Positions 1 to 10,565 of a stretch of 64,000 bases of DNA are shown piece after piece. The DNA comes from an uncultured delta proteobacterium (lineage in GTDB: Bacteria > Desulfobacterota > Binatia > UBA9968), in the NCBI GenBank assembly GCA_963728565.1, contig CAVSLC010000019.1, positions 1-64,000 on the forward strand, written 5' to 3'. The position numbers and the translations under genes were made by a program. Position 1 is the stretch's first letter, and each line of letters begins with the position of its first letter. Below the pieces are notes generated by a model, which searched no databases, was not told where the DNA came from, and was given only the letters and a program-made list of their open reading frames with translations.

Positions 1-270
1 ACCAATAAGGCCGCGGCGATGAAGAGTCTGGCCCGCTATATGCGCACGGACGATCAGGAGGTGCTCGACTATTCGTATGAGCATTATCTGAAAAGAACGC
101 CGAAGAAACCGTATCCGACGATGAAGGGTATTCAAAATCTCATCGACATGTCGACGCCGCAGGTAGCGCAGGCGAAAACGGCCAAGCCGGAGCAATTCGT
201 CGATCTGAGTTTTCTTCAGGAGCTGGAAACGGAGCGGTTCTTTGAGGAGATGGGGAGACGATACAAGTAG
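1..270 (+). CDS. C-terminal part of ABC-type solute-binding protein (NMT1/SsuA-like), 5' truncated by window
   Basis: Frame open from base 1; C-terminus PYPTMKGIQ...AKPEQFVDLSFLQELE resembles the other SBPs in the window (e.g. PYPTIKGIQ...ARPEQFVDLTFMKELD in 53507..54931). Confidence 0.75.
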   Translation, partial: TNKAAAMKSLARYMRTDDQEVLDYSYEHYLKRTPKKPYPTMKGIQNLIDMSTPQVAQAKTAKPEQFVDLSFLQELETERFFEEMGRRYK

Positions 271-272
271 CC

Positions 273-413
273 GTTCCACAGTTCAATCGTTCAAATGTTC
301 AAGGTTTAAAACCACTCGGACGAAATCCTTCTGGGCGCAACGTCATTTTTTCTGCGAATTTGGACGTTCGAATTTCCGAATCATTGAACCTTTGAACTTT
401 TGAACCGTTGAAC
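273..413. repeat. Intergenic inverted array of 8-bp-period GTTCAA units
   Basis: GTTC(C/A)A at 273, 281, 289, 297; reverse complement TTGAAC at 384, 392, 400, 408; lies between convergent genes. Confidence 0.8.
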
Positions 414-420
414 TAACAAT

Positions 421-1416
421 TCAGAGTTTAAGCAGCCGTCGCGCGTTGCCCTGCAAGATGGCGTCTTTGTCGGATTCGGAGCAACTCAAGGCTTGTACCT
501 TATCCGCCGCGAGCCAATCGCCGAGGGTATACGGATAATCGGTCCCGAGCATAAGACGATCATTGCCGACTTTGGATCTCAGGTATTCCAGGGTATCGAT
601 GTCGTATACCAGCGTGTCGAAGTAGAGGTTTTTCAAATAAGCGCTGGGCGGCTTGGCCGATTGCGCCGGCCGAACGTTTTGGCCGGTCACGAATTCTTTG
701 TCGAAGCGACCGAGATGGTAAGGCAAAAAGCCGCCGCCGTGGAGAGCGCATAATTTCAAATCAGGAAAACGATCGAACAAGCCGCTGTACAACATATAAC
801 CAAGGGAGAGCGTCGAGTCGGCTGGATTGCCGCACACCGCGTTCAACCCGAAAGCGCCCATTCGCTCGGCGCCGGCGATGTGCTCCGGGTGCATCACGAT
901 CATCACGTCGAGTTCCTGCGCTTTAGCCCAAAACGGATCGAGCTCTTTGGTGTTGTAGTATTGGCCATTGACATTGGTGCCGATAAAGGCGCCGCGGAAT
1001 TCCATATCTATAATGGAATGCTCCAGCACCTTGGCCGCCCGAGCCGCGTCCTGGAGCGGAACGGTAGCCATGCCGGCAAACCGGTCGGGTTGTTGTGTGA
1101 TTAATTCGTGCATGCAGTCGTTGTAAAGTTTGCACCAAGTTTCCCCATGCTCCCCCGTGAGCCGGTAGCCAAGGCTGTTGGTATTGGCTTCCAGGGTCGC
1201 AAGCGCAACCTGGCCTTCGTCCATGATTTCAATCCGCCGTTCGACGTCCATCAATGCGGGCTGCAATCTATGTGGTTTGCTGCCGGCAAAGGAAAGAGCG
1301 TGGCTGCCCTTGTCTTCAGTGATGTCGACTCCGAGCGCTTTGCCGTGACGTTTGGTTTCTTCGATCAGCTGTTTCGGCACGTAATGATGATGAATATCGA
1401 TCGCTTGGTTTTGCAT
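421..1416 (-). CDS. Amidohydrolase-2 family protein (ACMSD/aromatic decarboxylase-like)
   Basis: IDIHHH metal motif, MHP, HGGGFLP, LYFDT, GTDYP. Confidence 0.85.
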   Translation of the reverse strand: MQNQAIDIHHHYVPKQLIEETKRHGKALGVDITEDKGSHALSFAGSKPHRLQPALMDVERRIEIMDEGQVALATLEANTNSLGYRLTGEHGETWCKLYNDCMHELITQQPDRFAGMATVPLQDAARAAKVLEHSIIDMEFRGAFIGTNVNGQYYNTKELDPFWAKAQELDVMIVMHPEHIAGAERMGAFGLNAVCGNPADSTLSLGYMLYSGLFDRFPDLKLCALHGGGFLPYHLGRFDKEFVTGQNVRPAQSAKPPSAYLKNLYFDTLVYDIDTLEYLRSKVGNDRLMLGTDYPYTLGDWLAADKVQALSCSESDKDAILQGNARRLLKL

Positions 1417-1460
1417 TGCTATTTCTTTCTCGCCTTATGCCTTTGGTTGATCGCCTCCGC

Positions 1461-2453
1461 TTATTTTCCAAATACACCGCTCTTCTCCAGTTCGATCAAA
1501 TATCTGCGGTCGATCAGTTCCTGCGGCTTAACCGATTTGGCGCGCGCATCGCTCTGGGCTATTTCATCCAAGGTGGCTTGCAGCGCCGACTCGCGGATTT
1601 CCAAACGCTGCTCTAGTGCGGGGCTCTCCGATTGATAAGATGCATCAAGGATCTTCGTGTCCGTAACCCGTAGGTATTTGCCCAGCACTTTGTAAACAAA
1701 CGGTTTGTCGGTATGCAGGATTCTCGATGCCTCTGCCATCACGCGCATGAATCGTCCAAACACCAGGCCACGTTTGTTGAGCAAGGAGCGCAAGGTGACG
1801 AAGGATGTTGCCGCATAAGGAATGCGCAGTTCGGGGCCATTGATGACGAAGCGATAGCCTTGCGCTACCGCTCTAACGTCGGCAGGCGCCGTCATCGCCG
1901 CCGCATCCAGGCCACCGCTGACCAGGGCCGCCAGCGTCTCCGGCCCGCCGCCGGTTTGAATGGGCTGAATATCCTTGTTGGCGTCCATGCCGAATCGCCT
2001 GAGCGCCTGGACGACGAAATAATGCGTATTGCTGCCGATGCGGCCGACGCCGACCCGTTTGCCTTTGAGATCTTCCGGTCGTTTGATTTCCGATTTGCCG
2101 AGGAGACTATGAGTCAGGATATTTTTCACGCCGCCGATAAACGCGATATCGGTGGCGCCTTGAACGTAGGCCCGTACATTGCCGATTCCGCCAGTCAAGG
2201 CGATCTCCGCATCGCCCCCTAGCGTTGCCGCGGTTGCAACCCCTGATGACGAAATGAAGATCAGCTGGAAATCCAGATCGTATTTCTTGAAGAGACCCGC
2301 TTCCTGCGCGATCCACGGCATCGACTGGGACATGACTTGAGCGGAGTGAAGGCCGACGAGTTTATCGGCCGCATGAACCCGCCAGGCGATGGATACCGGT
2401 GATACCAGCAACAAAGAAATAAGATGGGGATAAAAGTTTCTGCGGTCGATCAT
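1461..2453 (-). CDS. ABC-type solute-binding protein (NMT1/SsuA/TauA-like)
   Basis: Signal peptide; WIAQEAGLFKKYDLD, DLKGKRVGVGRIGS. Confidence 0.85.
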   Translation of the reverse strand: MIDRRNFYPHLISLLLVSPVSIAWRVHAADKLVGLHSAQVMSQSMPWIAQEAGLFKKYDLDFQLIFISSSGVATAATLGGDAEIALTGGIGNVRAYVQGATDIAFIGGVKNILTHSLLGKSEIKRPEDLKGKRVGVGRIGSNTHYFVVQALRRFGMDANKDIQPIQTGGGPETLAALVSGGLDAAAMTAPADVRAVAQGYRFVINGPELRIPYAATSFVTLRSLLNKRGLVFGRFMRVMAEASRILHTDKPFVYKVLGKYLRVTDTKILDASYQSESPALEQRLEIRESALQATLDEIAQSDARAKSVKPQELIDRRYLIELEKSGVFGK

Positions 2454-2624
2454 CTTGTTGCTCCCAATTGCAGTCTTACGTTCTCAAAACCCTTGGCCAT
2501 GGCGTATGTGGGCTTGGATGAACAAAGATAGTTGTAGGGCTCCGCGGTTATGATTTTCTCAAGCAGAACCCTTGCAGTTCCAGTGCCGAGAATAGGTGCG
2601 ACGGATTGGAATTGTCAATCGGGT

Positions 2625-3914
2625 CTATCCCACCAAGGTAGCGATCGCTTCGACGTGAAAGGTGTGTGGAAATAGATCGATGGGCTGGACGGTCCGCAGT
2701 GAGTAGCCCTGCTTGGCCAGGGCCGCCAGATCGCGGGCGAGCGTAGTCGGGTTACATGAGATGTAGAGGATCTTTTCGGCGCCGAGCGCAGCCAGGTCGC
2801 CTTCCAGACCTTTGGCGCCACTGCGCGGCGGGTCGAGAACGATTTTTGAGAAGCGCTGGCGCTGCTTTTTCAGTTGCCCCAGCGCGGCGGGAACCGGCGA
2901 GCAAATCCAGTAAATATTGGTCATCCCTTTTGCTTCCGCGCTGTGCTTGCCGCTTTCGAAGCCCGGACGATAGCCTTCCACCGCGACGACGTTGCCGACG
3001 CGCGTGGCGATGGACTGTGTAAAATTCCCGGCGCCGCTGTATAGCTCGAGCACGCGATCGTCGCGATTGAAATCGGCCGCCGCCAACAGTTCCCTGAGAA
3101 GTTGTCGATTGCCTTGGCTGTTGACTTGGGTAAATACGTCGCCATCGACTCGCACGCACAGGCCGTCTTCAGGAATTACTGAAACCGCCACTTCTCCCCA
3201 CGTCTGGCGCCAGTCAGGGCCGCGCACAATCAAGCCATTGATCAACTGATTTTCTTCCAGCAAGCGTACGCAGATCGAACTGTCGCGCGAGTTAAATCCG
3301 CCTGCTGATTGCCCCACGATGACGATTTCGTTCGGTTGATCGCCGGTGACAACCTCCAGATGCTCGACATCGGTGATCAACTCCTCGCTCCACCGCCGCA
3401 ACTGTTCGATGAGACCATTGAGCTTGTCATCGGCGATCAAACACCTGTCAATCTCGATCATGTGGTGCGAAAACGAAGTAAAGAAGCCGAGACGTTTGGA
3501 TCCATCCCGTTGCAAGCGAATACGTCGACGGTAGTTATAGGGAGACGGGGAAGCAATGATCGGTTTGACTTCGAATCCCTCGAGTTTGCCGATGCGCCGT
3601 AGTGCGTCTTCAACACTCTTCTGCTTTGCGCCTAGCTGGCTCTCGTAGCGCACGTGCTGCCAGGGACAGCCGCCGCACTGAGCTACATACGGACAGGGCG
3701 GTTCCTGACGCAGGGATGACCGCTTTAGTATCCGGACTATTTCGCCGACCGAATATCGCTCCTTCGCTTCGACAATACGCGCGGCGACGGTATCACCGGG
3801 CGCTGTCTTGGGAATCATCACTGCCTTTCCCTGATGGCGCCCGATTCCATACGGCCCATATGAAAGCGCGTCGATATCTAGCGTGAGCTCATTTTTCGCG
3901 TTAGTCTGTATCAT
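2625..3914 (-). CDS. rlmD: 23S rRNA (uracil-C5)-methyltransferase RlmD/RumA
   Basis: N-terminal TRAM domain, CPYVAQCGGC Fe-S motif, LELYSGAGNF, LDPPRSG, YISCNPTTLARD, DLFPHTFHVE. Confidence 0.9.
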   Translation of the reverse strand: MIQTNAKNELTLDIDALSYGPYGIGRHQGKAVMIPKTAPGDTVAARIVEAKERYSVGEIVRILKRSSLRQEPPCPYVAQCGGCPWQHVRYESQLGAKQKSVEDALRRIGKLEGFEVKPIIASPSPYNYRRRIRLQRDGSKRLGFFTSFSHHMIEIDRCLIADDKLNGLIEQLRRWSEELITDVEHLEVVTGDQPNEIVIVGQSAGGFNSRDSSICVRLLEENQLINGLIVRGPDWRQTWGEVAVSVIPEDGLCVRVDGDVFTQVNSQGNRQLLRELLAAADFNRDDRVLELYSGAGNFTQSIATRVGNVVAVEGYRPGFESGKHSAEAKGMTNIYWICSPVPAALGQLKKQRQRFSKIVLDPPRSGAKGLEGDLAALGAEKILYISCNPTTLARDLAALAKQGYSLRTVQPIDLFPHTFHVEAIATLVG

Positions 3915-4018
3915 TAAGTTCGCAATCTTAACTGGCTCTTGGATCCTCTAGTGACTATACAAGCTGTGGACGAGGTTGCCACTGTCGGAGCTGCTTAGTC
4001 GATTAGGGAACGCATCTG

Positions 4019-4390
4019 ATGGAAGCACAAGACGATCCGCGCCTTCAAAAAGGCATTGACGAGTTTAATCAGCAGCTCTTCTTTGAGTGTCATGAAACCC
4101 TGGAGGAGATCTGGTTGGAGGAGCGCGGCGAAGATCGTAAGTTTTATCAAGGGATTATTCAGATTGCCGCAGGTTATTTCAAGTTGCAGCAAGGCGTGCC
4201 CGCCGGAGCGATCAAGCTTTGGCGCATGGGACTGGAAAAGATCGAGCCCTACAGCCCGGCTTATCTGGGCGTTGAGCTGGCCTCGTTCAGCGCAGCGGTC
4301 AAACGAAACCTCGATGAGCTGGAAACCGTTCAGAAAACGGGGTCGGATTCTCCGGCCGTCGCTGCTCCTACGCTCTACCGCGTCAGTTAA
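4019..4390 (+). CDS. DUF309 family protein
   Basis: GIDEFN...FFECHETLEEIW...QGIIQIAAG signature. Confidence 0.85.
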   Translation: MEAQDDPRLQKGIDEFNQQLFFECHETLEEIWLEERGEDRKFYQGIIQIAAGYFKLQQGVPAGAIKLWRMGLEKIEPYSPAYLGVELASFSAAVKRNLDELETVQKTGSDSPAVAAPTLYRVS

Positions 4391-4402
4391 TCATCGCACC
4401 GC

Positions 4403-5074
4403 ATGATTCGCTGTCTCGACGTGCGCAAAAGCTACCGCCAGGGCGATAACGAAGTTACCGTTCTATCCGGAATTACCCTCGATATTCCGCAGGGTCAGTT
4501 CTCGACGATTATGGGACCCAGCGGGTCGGGGAAGAGCACGCTGCTGCATCTTATGGGCGGCCTGGATCGTCCCAGCGCCGGAGATGTCTTGGTCGGTGAG
4601 CGTATCATATCGCAAATGGCGGATGATCAAGTAACCCTTTTCCGCCGAACCCAGATCGGCTTTGTCTTCCAATTTTTCAATCTACTGCCGACTCTGACGG
4701 CGCTGGAGAACATCACTTTGCCTTTCGTGCTCGATGGCCGTCCTAGAGCGAAAGCCGCTCAGCGAGCGCAGTTTCTTCTCGACAAGGTTGGCTTGGCGCA
4801 TCGCCGATCCCACTTGCCTGAAGCCATGTCCGGTGGAGAAATCCAGCGACTGGCTATCGCTCGAGCTTTAGCCTTCGAGCCGCCAATTATCCTCGCGGAC
4901 GAGCCCACCGGCAATCTGGATTCTAAAAACGGCGAGATTGTTCTCAACCTGTTGCGTCGAATTAACCAGGAGGATCGTTGTACTGTCGTCATGGTGACCC
5001 ACAGCCCGGAGGCTGCCAAAATCGGCGATCGAACCATTCTCTTGCGTGACGGCCTGATCGAGAAAGATTTCTGA
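4403..5074 (+). CDS. ABC transporter ATP-binding protein (LolD/MacB type)
   Basis: [37 protein letters not shown]. Confidence 0.92.
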   Translation: MIRCLDVRKSYRQGDNEVTVLSGITLDIPQGQFSTIMGPSGSGKSTLLHLMGGLDRPSAGDVLVGERIISQMADDQVTLFRRTQIGFVFQFFNLLPTLTALENITLPFVLDGRPRAKAAQRAQFLLDKVGLAHRRSHLPEAMSGGEIQRLAIARALAFEPPIILADEPTGNLDSKNGEIVLNLLRRINQEDRCTVVMVTHSPEAAKIGDRTILLRDGLIEKDF

Positions 5075-7657
5075 TGCTGCGCTTGCTTGAGACCGTCTCT
5101 TGGCGCCATCTGAAACTGCACCGGCTGAGAACTCTCTTAACATTTCTCGGTATCGCTTTAGGTGTGGCGGTCATCGTTGCTATCGCGATTGTCAATAGAT
5201 CTCTAACCACATCGTTTCAGTCGACCATCGATCAGATTGCCGGCAAGGCCGTGTTGCAAGTCGCCAACGGTGAAAGCGGCATCCGCGAAGATCTTTTCCC
5301 AATGATTCGGGATACGCCCGGCGTCAAGGATGCGGCCGCCGCCGTGGATGGCTTCTTACCCGTAAGCGGCGCGACAGCCGAACGTCTTTATGTTTATGGC
5401 GTGGACTTGCTGACCGATTTTGCCATCCGCGATCATCAGTTTACCGGCGCCGGCTTCGAGTTCGACCAGGCGCTTGATTTCATTGCCGCGCCTGACTCGA
5501 TTGCCGTAACTGAAACGTTTGCCCGCCGTCTCGAGCTCAGCTTGGGGTCCCCGCTCACCGTGATCACCAGCCGGGGAAAGCAGACCTACACGGTGCGTGC
5601 GTTGTTGAAGGAGGAAGGAACCGCCAAAGTATTCGGCGGCAACTTTGCCTTGATGGATCTGCCGGTGGCACAAAGGGCATTCGGCAAACAGGGAAAGCTC
5701 GATATCGTCGATCTCACCATAGAGCCAGGTGCAACCGCCGAAGATGTGCAGCAGAAATTACGCCAGCGTCTGCAAGGAATGGCCGATGTCGAACGGCCGC
5801 GCAAGCGGGGCGAGCAGATCGAATCCTTACTAACGTCTTTTCGGGTCGGTCTATTCTTCGTCAGTCTAATCGCGCTGTTTGTCGGATTTTTTCTCATCTA
5901 CAACACCGTATCGGTCTCGGTGGTGCAAAGAAAAAGGGAAATCGGCGCGTTGCGCTGCATCGGCATGAGACGCGGTGAGTTGCTCCGCTGGATTATCTCA
6001 GAGGCGCTGATCCTTGCTCTAGTCGGCGCGCTGGCCGGGTGCTGTGTTTGGATGGCTGCTGGCGCAGGCGGCGCTGGTGGCAGTCGGCGAAACTGTGCGC
6101 AATCTGTTTTCGTCGATCGGTCTGACAACCGGCGGTTTGACCTTGCAAGAGCTGGCGTTGGCAGTTGCCAGCGGCGTCGGAGTGGCCGTCCTCGCTGCGC
6201 TTCATCCCGCCATCGAAGCCGTGCGCGTGAGTCCGTTGGAAAATGCCCGGCAAGCCGCCTGGCGTCCCGGATTTCACGGTAGAAATTCCTTGGCTACCCG
6301 CCTTGGCATAATCTGCCTTGTGCTATCTCCAATGATTATTGTTTTCGCTGCCGTTCTGCGGAGCCCCATCCGACAGTTCAGCGCCGGGGTAATCGGCATG
6401 CTGATTTTACTGCTTGGCTTGGCATTTCTTTGCCCGCTGATCATCAACTCCTGTGTTAAGTGGTTCTGGCGCGCCGACATAACTATTCCGGGCTTTTCCT
6501 GGGCGGAAACCAGGCTCGCATCCGATAGCCTGCGAAAAAACCCGATCAGATCTGGCATCACGGTGGCTACGATCGTGATTAGCCTTGCCGCAATCTTCAC
6601 CATCGCCGCATTCGTTAACAGCGTGCGTGGATCTCTGCTCGCCTGGATCGATCAAATGGTCACCGCTGACCTGATCGTCAGCTCCGGCGCGCGCACCGCG
6701 GGGCCAAAAAATGTGCCGCTTAGGGAAGATCCGTTACCGGGGCTTAAATCGGTGCCGGGTGTCAAGATCGTCGATCTCTATCGTTTGATCCGTTCGACCT
6801 ACAATGGAATGCCGATTCTGATCGAATCGTTTTCAGCGGTGGAATCCGCTAGCGTGCGCAGTCTGCCGACTCCCGGAGGAGACGGCAAGAAAACGTTGAG
6901 CGAAATGGCCGCTGGTAAGGGTGTTATCGTTAGCGAGAGCTTTCAGAGCAAGTTCGGCAAGGACGCCAACGACACCATCGAGCTTGCCACTCCGGCCGGT
7001 CTCATTGCTTTCAAGGTGCTGGGCGTTTACATCGATTATTCTTCCGATATCGGCAGCGTCTTGATCGATCGCGGTTTGTACAAGAAATTTTGGCAGGACG
7101 AGTTGGTAGATGCGTTTGATATATGGTTGGAACCGGGCGCCGATCAAAGCGTCGTTATTGAAAAGATCAAGGAAGATTATGGCGAGCAGTACGAGCTGTT
7201 CATCAGCACTCATCGGCAGCTAAAAGAGTCGGTGGTGCGCATCATGGAGCAATCGTTCGTGGTCAACTATGCCGTCGAAATTGTTGCCGTGGTCGTGGCG
7301 GTCTTTAGCGTCATCAACACTTTGTTGGCTTCGGTTCTGGATCGCGCGCGAGAGATCGGCGTGTTACGCGCCATCGGCGCAACACAAGCTCAGATTCGCC
7401 GGATGATTATCTTCGAGGCTGCATGGATCGGGCTCATCGGCGGGTTCTTGGGTTTGATCGCCGGCACCATCATGTCCTATCACCACGTGGTTTATAACAC
7501 GAAAGTACTGACCGGTTGGACCTTTGAATACTACTATCCCTATCATCTGTCAGCGCTATCGATTTTTATATCTGTGATTCTCTGCCTGCTAGCCGGCTAT
7601 TGGCCGGCCAAACAAGCCGCCGCCACGCCGATTGTCTCCGCCATCGGTTATGAGTGA
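5074..7657 (+). CDS. Large FtsX/MacB-type ABC permease (two permease halves), split by a +1 frameshift near 6038
   Basis: RTLLTFLGIALGV; QRKREIGALRCIG and DRAREIGVLRAIG; removing one G from GGG at 6037-6039 joins ORFs 5074..6282 and 6044..7657 as LAGAVFGWLL. Confidence 0.85.
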
Positions 7658-7715
7658 GGCGAATTAGGAATCTCAATCTGTGCGCACTCCTTTTCTGGTG
7701 CAAGAATCAGAGTTA

Positions 7716-7876
7716 TTCACCGCTGAGGTGCAGAGGCCGGCGAGTCGCAGAGTCTAAAAAGTGAAATCTCTGCGAACTCTGTGTCTCTGCGGTGTTAAGA
7801 TCCGAATGTGCGATAAGGAGGCGGAGCGGGAGTTTTGGAAACGAACCTCTGGGTTGTCTGCGCCTCTTCCGGTGAA
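7716..7876. repeat. REP-like inverted repeat element (CACCGC..GAG.CGCAGA type)
   Basis: TTCACCGCTGAGGTGCAGA (7716-7734) pairs imperfectly with CTCTGTGTCTCTGCGGTG (7777-7794) and with TCTGCGCCTCTTCCGGTGAA (7857-7876). Confidence 0.7.
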
Positions 7877-7897
7877 AAGTCTTCTGACATTCTGGGA

Positions 7898-8437
7898 TTA
7901 CGAAGTTGGCAGCTCGGTAAACGTCACAAAACGGGCGCGGCGGTTTTTGACCCGGCATTCTTCGTTGCGATCGAAACACGCGGGCGCTTCTTTGCCGTAA
8001 CTGATCGTGACCAGTCGATCGGGCGCGATGCCTTCCTGCACAAGAAAATCCCTGGCCGTTTGAGCGCGTTTGGCGCCCAACGCCAAATTATATTCGGCTG
8101 ATCCGACGTCGTCACAGTGTCCTTCGACTTCAACCCGGGCCAACGGATTGGCTTTCATCCATTCAGCATTCTTCTTGAGGATAGCCTCGGCCTCGGCTTT
8201 CAGATCGACGCTATCAAATTCGTAATAAACGTCTTGCAGCGCCGCACCTGGGGGAGTGATAACGGCAAGGCCGCGGCTCAACGCCTCCATAGCCGACGGC
8301 GAATATGAGGCTCCCTTCAGGAGATCCGGCGGCATGAAGTTTGTGGCGGTGACTGCCGGTCCGCTGTCGGAGCTCGAGCAAGCAGAGGAAAGGCTAAGGA
8401 GAATGAGCAGGCCGGCCAAACGAGTTAAAAATGTCAT
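7898..8437 (-). CDS. pal: Peptidoglycan-associated lipoprotein Pal (OmpA-C domain)
   Basis: Lipobox LSSAC; VEGHCDDVGSAEYNLALGAKRA; ISYGKEAP; NRRA. Confidence 0.85.
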   Translation of the reverse strand: MTFLTRLAGLLILLSLSSACSSSDSGPAVTATNFMPPDLLKGASYSPSAMEALSRGLAVITPPGAALQDVYYEFDSVDLKAEAEAILKKNAEWMKANPLARVEVEGHCDDVGSAEYNLALGAKRAQTARDFLVQEGIAPDRLVTISYGKEAPACFDRNEECRVKNRRARFVTFTELPTS

Positions 8438-8588
8438 CGAGGGGAGAGGATCATGAGTTGTTTAATCAGGTTTTTCAGGCGAAATCACCGTCCTGAGCAT
8501 CGTGGATAGTTACCGTTAGGTTGTCAAGGTTTTTCAGCCCGTAGAGACAATTCCTCCAGCGCGCTACGACGCCATTTGGCTCTCTCGC

Positions 8589-9131
8589 TCATCTGAGGCG
8601 CAGATATCTCCAAAAAGTTCCACAAACCGCCCCGAAGCCGTCGATCATAACGTCGACAATGCTTGCGGTTCGACTTGGCACCAGAGACTGATGAAACTCG
8701 TCCGTTATTGCCCAGACGAGCGCAAGAAATATGGTCAATACCGCGGGGCGCATGGAACTTTTGCCGCTACTCTCTGCGTATAAAGCGCGATAGAGCAACA
8801 CGGCTAGGACAAAGTATTCGAACCAATGACCGAGCTTGCGAACGACAAATTGCACGAACGACACCTGTTCCGGAGTGATGCCCGGCAAGAGCCAGTGCAG
8901 CAGCGGTCCCAAAATCCGCGAAGATTGCGGCGCTGCAAAGTGCTCGGTTGAAAATAAAAATATGACGCAGGCCCACAGGAGCACCGGTAGCCATTTATTA
9001 ACGAACTTGATGCCGTTGTGCTTGCTCAATTGATTCACAAGATTAGCTAAGAGGAAGAAGAACGGGAGCTCGGTTTGACCAGTACAGCATAGATGAGCGC
9101 TGTCACCCAACACAAACTGATCAGTCCCCAC
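8589..9131 (-). CDS. VanZ family membrane protein (true start probably near 9000)
   Basis: WACVIFLFS, VRKLGHWFEY, ITDEFHQSLVPSRTASIVDVMID. Confidence 0.8.
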   Translation of the reverse strand: MGTDQFVLGDSAHLCCTGQTELPFFFLLANLVNQLSKHNGIKFVNKWLPVLLWACVIFLFSTEHFAAPQSSRILGPLLHWLLPGITPEQVSFVQFVVRKLGHWFEYFVLAVLLYRALYAESSGKSSMRPAVLTIFLALVWAITDEFHQSLVPSRTASIVDVMIDGFGAVCGTFWRYLRLR

Positions 9132-10312
9132 ATCAATGGACTGTAGCTTTGGGTGCGATCGTACACAGCGCCGGCCATCACCGGACCTATGACGCTACCC
9201 CACATGTAAAGAAAACTCATGCTGCCGCGAACTTTGGCGAAATTATTCCGGCCAAAAAAATCGCCTACCGTCGCCCACGTAACGGGAAAAAGCCCTTCCA
9301 CTACGGTGAAGAGCACCAGCGCCAGCCAGAGTTGCCATTCCGCGGTGTATGAAAACAGCAAATAGACCGACAAGCTTGCAATGATCATACACGTGGTCAT
9401 TAGCCTGGGCTTGCTAAGGCGATCGCCGAGCCAGCCAATCAGGAGATGCGCCGGCATGCCGAGCAGAGCGATAAACGCCAGGAAAACGGCGGCGCGCTGC
9501 TCGGTCAAACCGCGCCAAACCAGGATCGGCACGAAATGAACCAGGACACAGCTGGAGCAAACTACGCGTAAGGTGGTGGCGAGCGCGAGCAACCAGAACT
9601 GGCGCGAGCGCAAGGTTTGCTGCAGAGAAAAATTTGCTTCCTCGCCGGAGTGGGTTGATTCTTTTGCGTCGGTTGCTTTGGGCAACGGCTCGCCATCCGG
9701 CAACAAGCCCATACTCTCCGGCGAGCGGCGCAGCAGCAGGGAGAGGGGCAGACCACCGATAAGAAAGGCCACTCCGGCGGCCATCGCAGCGCTGCGCCAA
9801 CCCCACGTGTGCACGGCGTAAGCGAGAAACGGCGTGACCAGGGTGCCGCCAAGCGCGATGGAACCGCTGGTGAGCGACATGGCCAGAGCTCGTTTGCGAA
9901 TAAACCAGCTGTTGGCGACCACCATGGTGGCGTCCATAAACCCGGCTTGGTAGGAGAGCGAGATGATCCCCATGTAGACAATCAGCAGTGCGGTATAACT
10001 GTGCACTCCGGCCAGGAGCATATAGCCTATACCGGCCAAAAGAGTTGCGACAAAAATTACCGGTCGCGGTCCATACCGGTCGATACAATAGCCAGCCACC
10101 GGTCCTTCAATCGCGCCTTGAGCGCGCGCTAATGAGAAAACCAACGAAGTCGCTGCCCGTGACAGGCCTAACTCTTGAGTGATGGGTAGAAAGAAAACGG
10201 TAAAACCGTATGCATGGAGCCCGCCGCCGAGAAGGCGGATAGCGCAACTGACGCCAACCATGCGCCAGCCATAAAATAGACCGGCCAGCCGGTCGCGAAG
10301 TTTTCGAAACAT
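9047..10312 (-). CDS. MFS transporter (OFA/MCT-like)
   Basis: About 12 hydrophobic segments; GYCIDRYGPR motif A; paralog of 10566..11867. Confidence 0.88.
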   Translation of the reverse strand: MFRKLRDRLAGLFYGWRMVGVSCAIRLLGGGLHAYGFTVFFLPITQELGLSRAATSLVFSLARAQGAIEGPVAGYCIDRYGPRPVIFVATLLAGIGYMLLAGVHSYTALLIVYMGIISLSYQAGFMDATMVVANSWFIRKRALAMSLTSGSIALGGTLVTPFLAYAVHTWGWRSAAMAAGVAFLIGGLPLSLLLRRSPESMGLLPDGEPLPKATDAKESTHSGEEANFSLQQTLRSRQFWLLALATTLRVVCSSCVLVHFVPILVWRGLTEQRAAVFLAFIALLGMPAHLLIGWLGDRLSKPRLMTTCMIIASLSVYLLFSYTAEWQLWLALVLFTVVEGLFPVTWATVGDFFGRNNFAKVRGSMSFLYMWGSVIGPVMAGAVYDRTQSYSPLMWGLISLCWVTALIYAVLVKPSSRSSSS

Positions 10313-10388
10313 CGATCAATCAAATGCGGACGTTAAATTGAATCGAAGGCTTCAGGGAGTGGTGAGCAGGGATATGTAGACATTCATA

Positions 10389-10418
10389 AAAATAGCTGAC
10401 ACATGATTATCATGTCAA
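10389..10418 (-). promoter_or_regulatory. Putative sigma70 promoter with overlapping palindromic operator for the MFS gene
   Basis: Minus strand TTGACA-N18-TATTTT; palindrome ACATGAT-T-ATCATGT at 10401-10415. Confidence 0.4.
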
Positions 10419-10565
10419 CGTGCGGAATGAATCTACCTGAGAGATAACACTAGAGCTTGACTGTGGCTTGTCCGTAGAAAGATTTCAGGCAAGGAGCGCG
10501 AAGATGGACCAGCTGAGGCGCACGTTTCAGTACGTTGGAGGCGAGTGGCGCGAGCGCAACGAAGT

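Noticed and set aside
273-413. Possible CRISPR array
   Set aside because: Units are 6-8 bp with 2-nt spacers in inverted orientation; no 23-47 bp repeats, unique spacers or cas genes
5074-7657. Programmed ribosomal frameshift or two-gene permease
   Set aside because: A one-base fix gives a single protein, there is no slippery heptamer, and similar indels occur throughout the window
8589-9131. Glycopeptide resistance locus
   Set aside because: Lone VanZ-family gene with no vanHAX or vanRS; the family is widespread
9414-10088. 224-aa alternative-frame ORF inside the MFS gene (and many similar short overlapping ORFs in the track)
   Set aside because: Arg/Ala/Pro-rich off-frame translations with no RBS or domain signal
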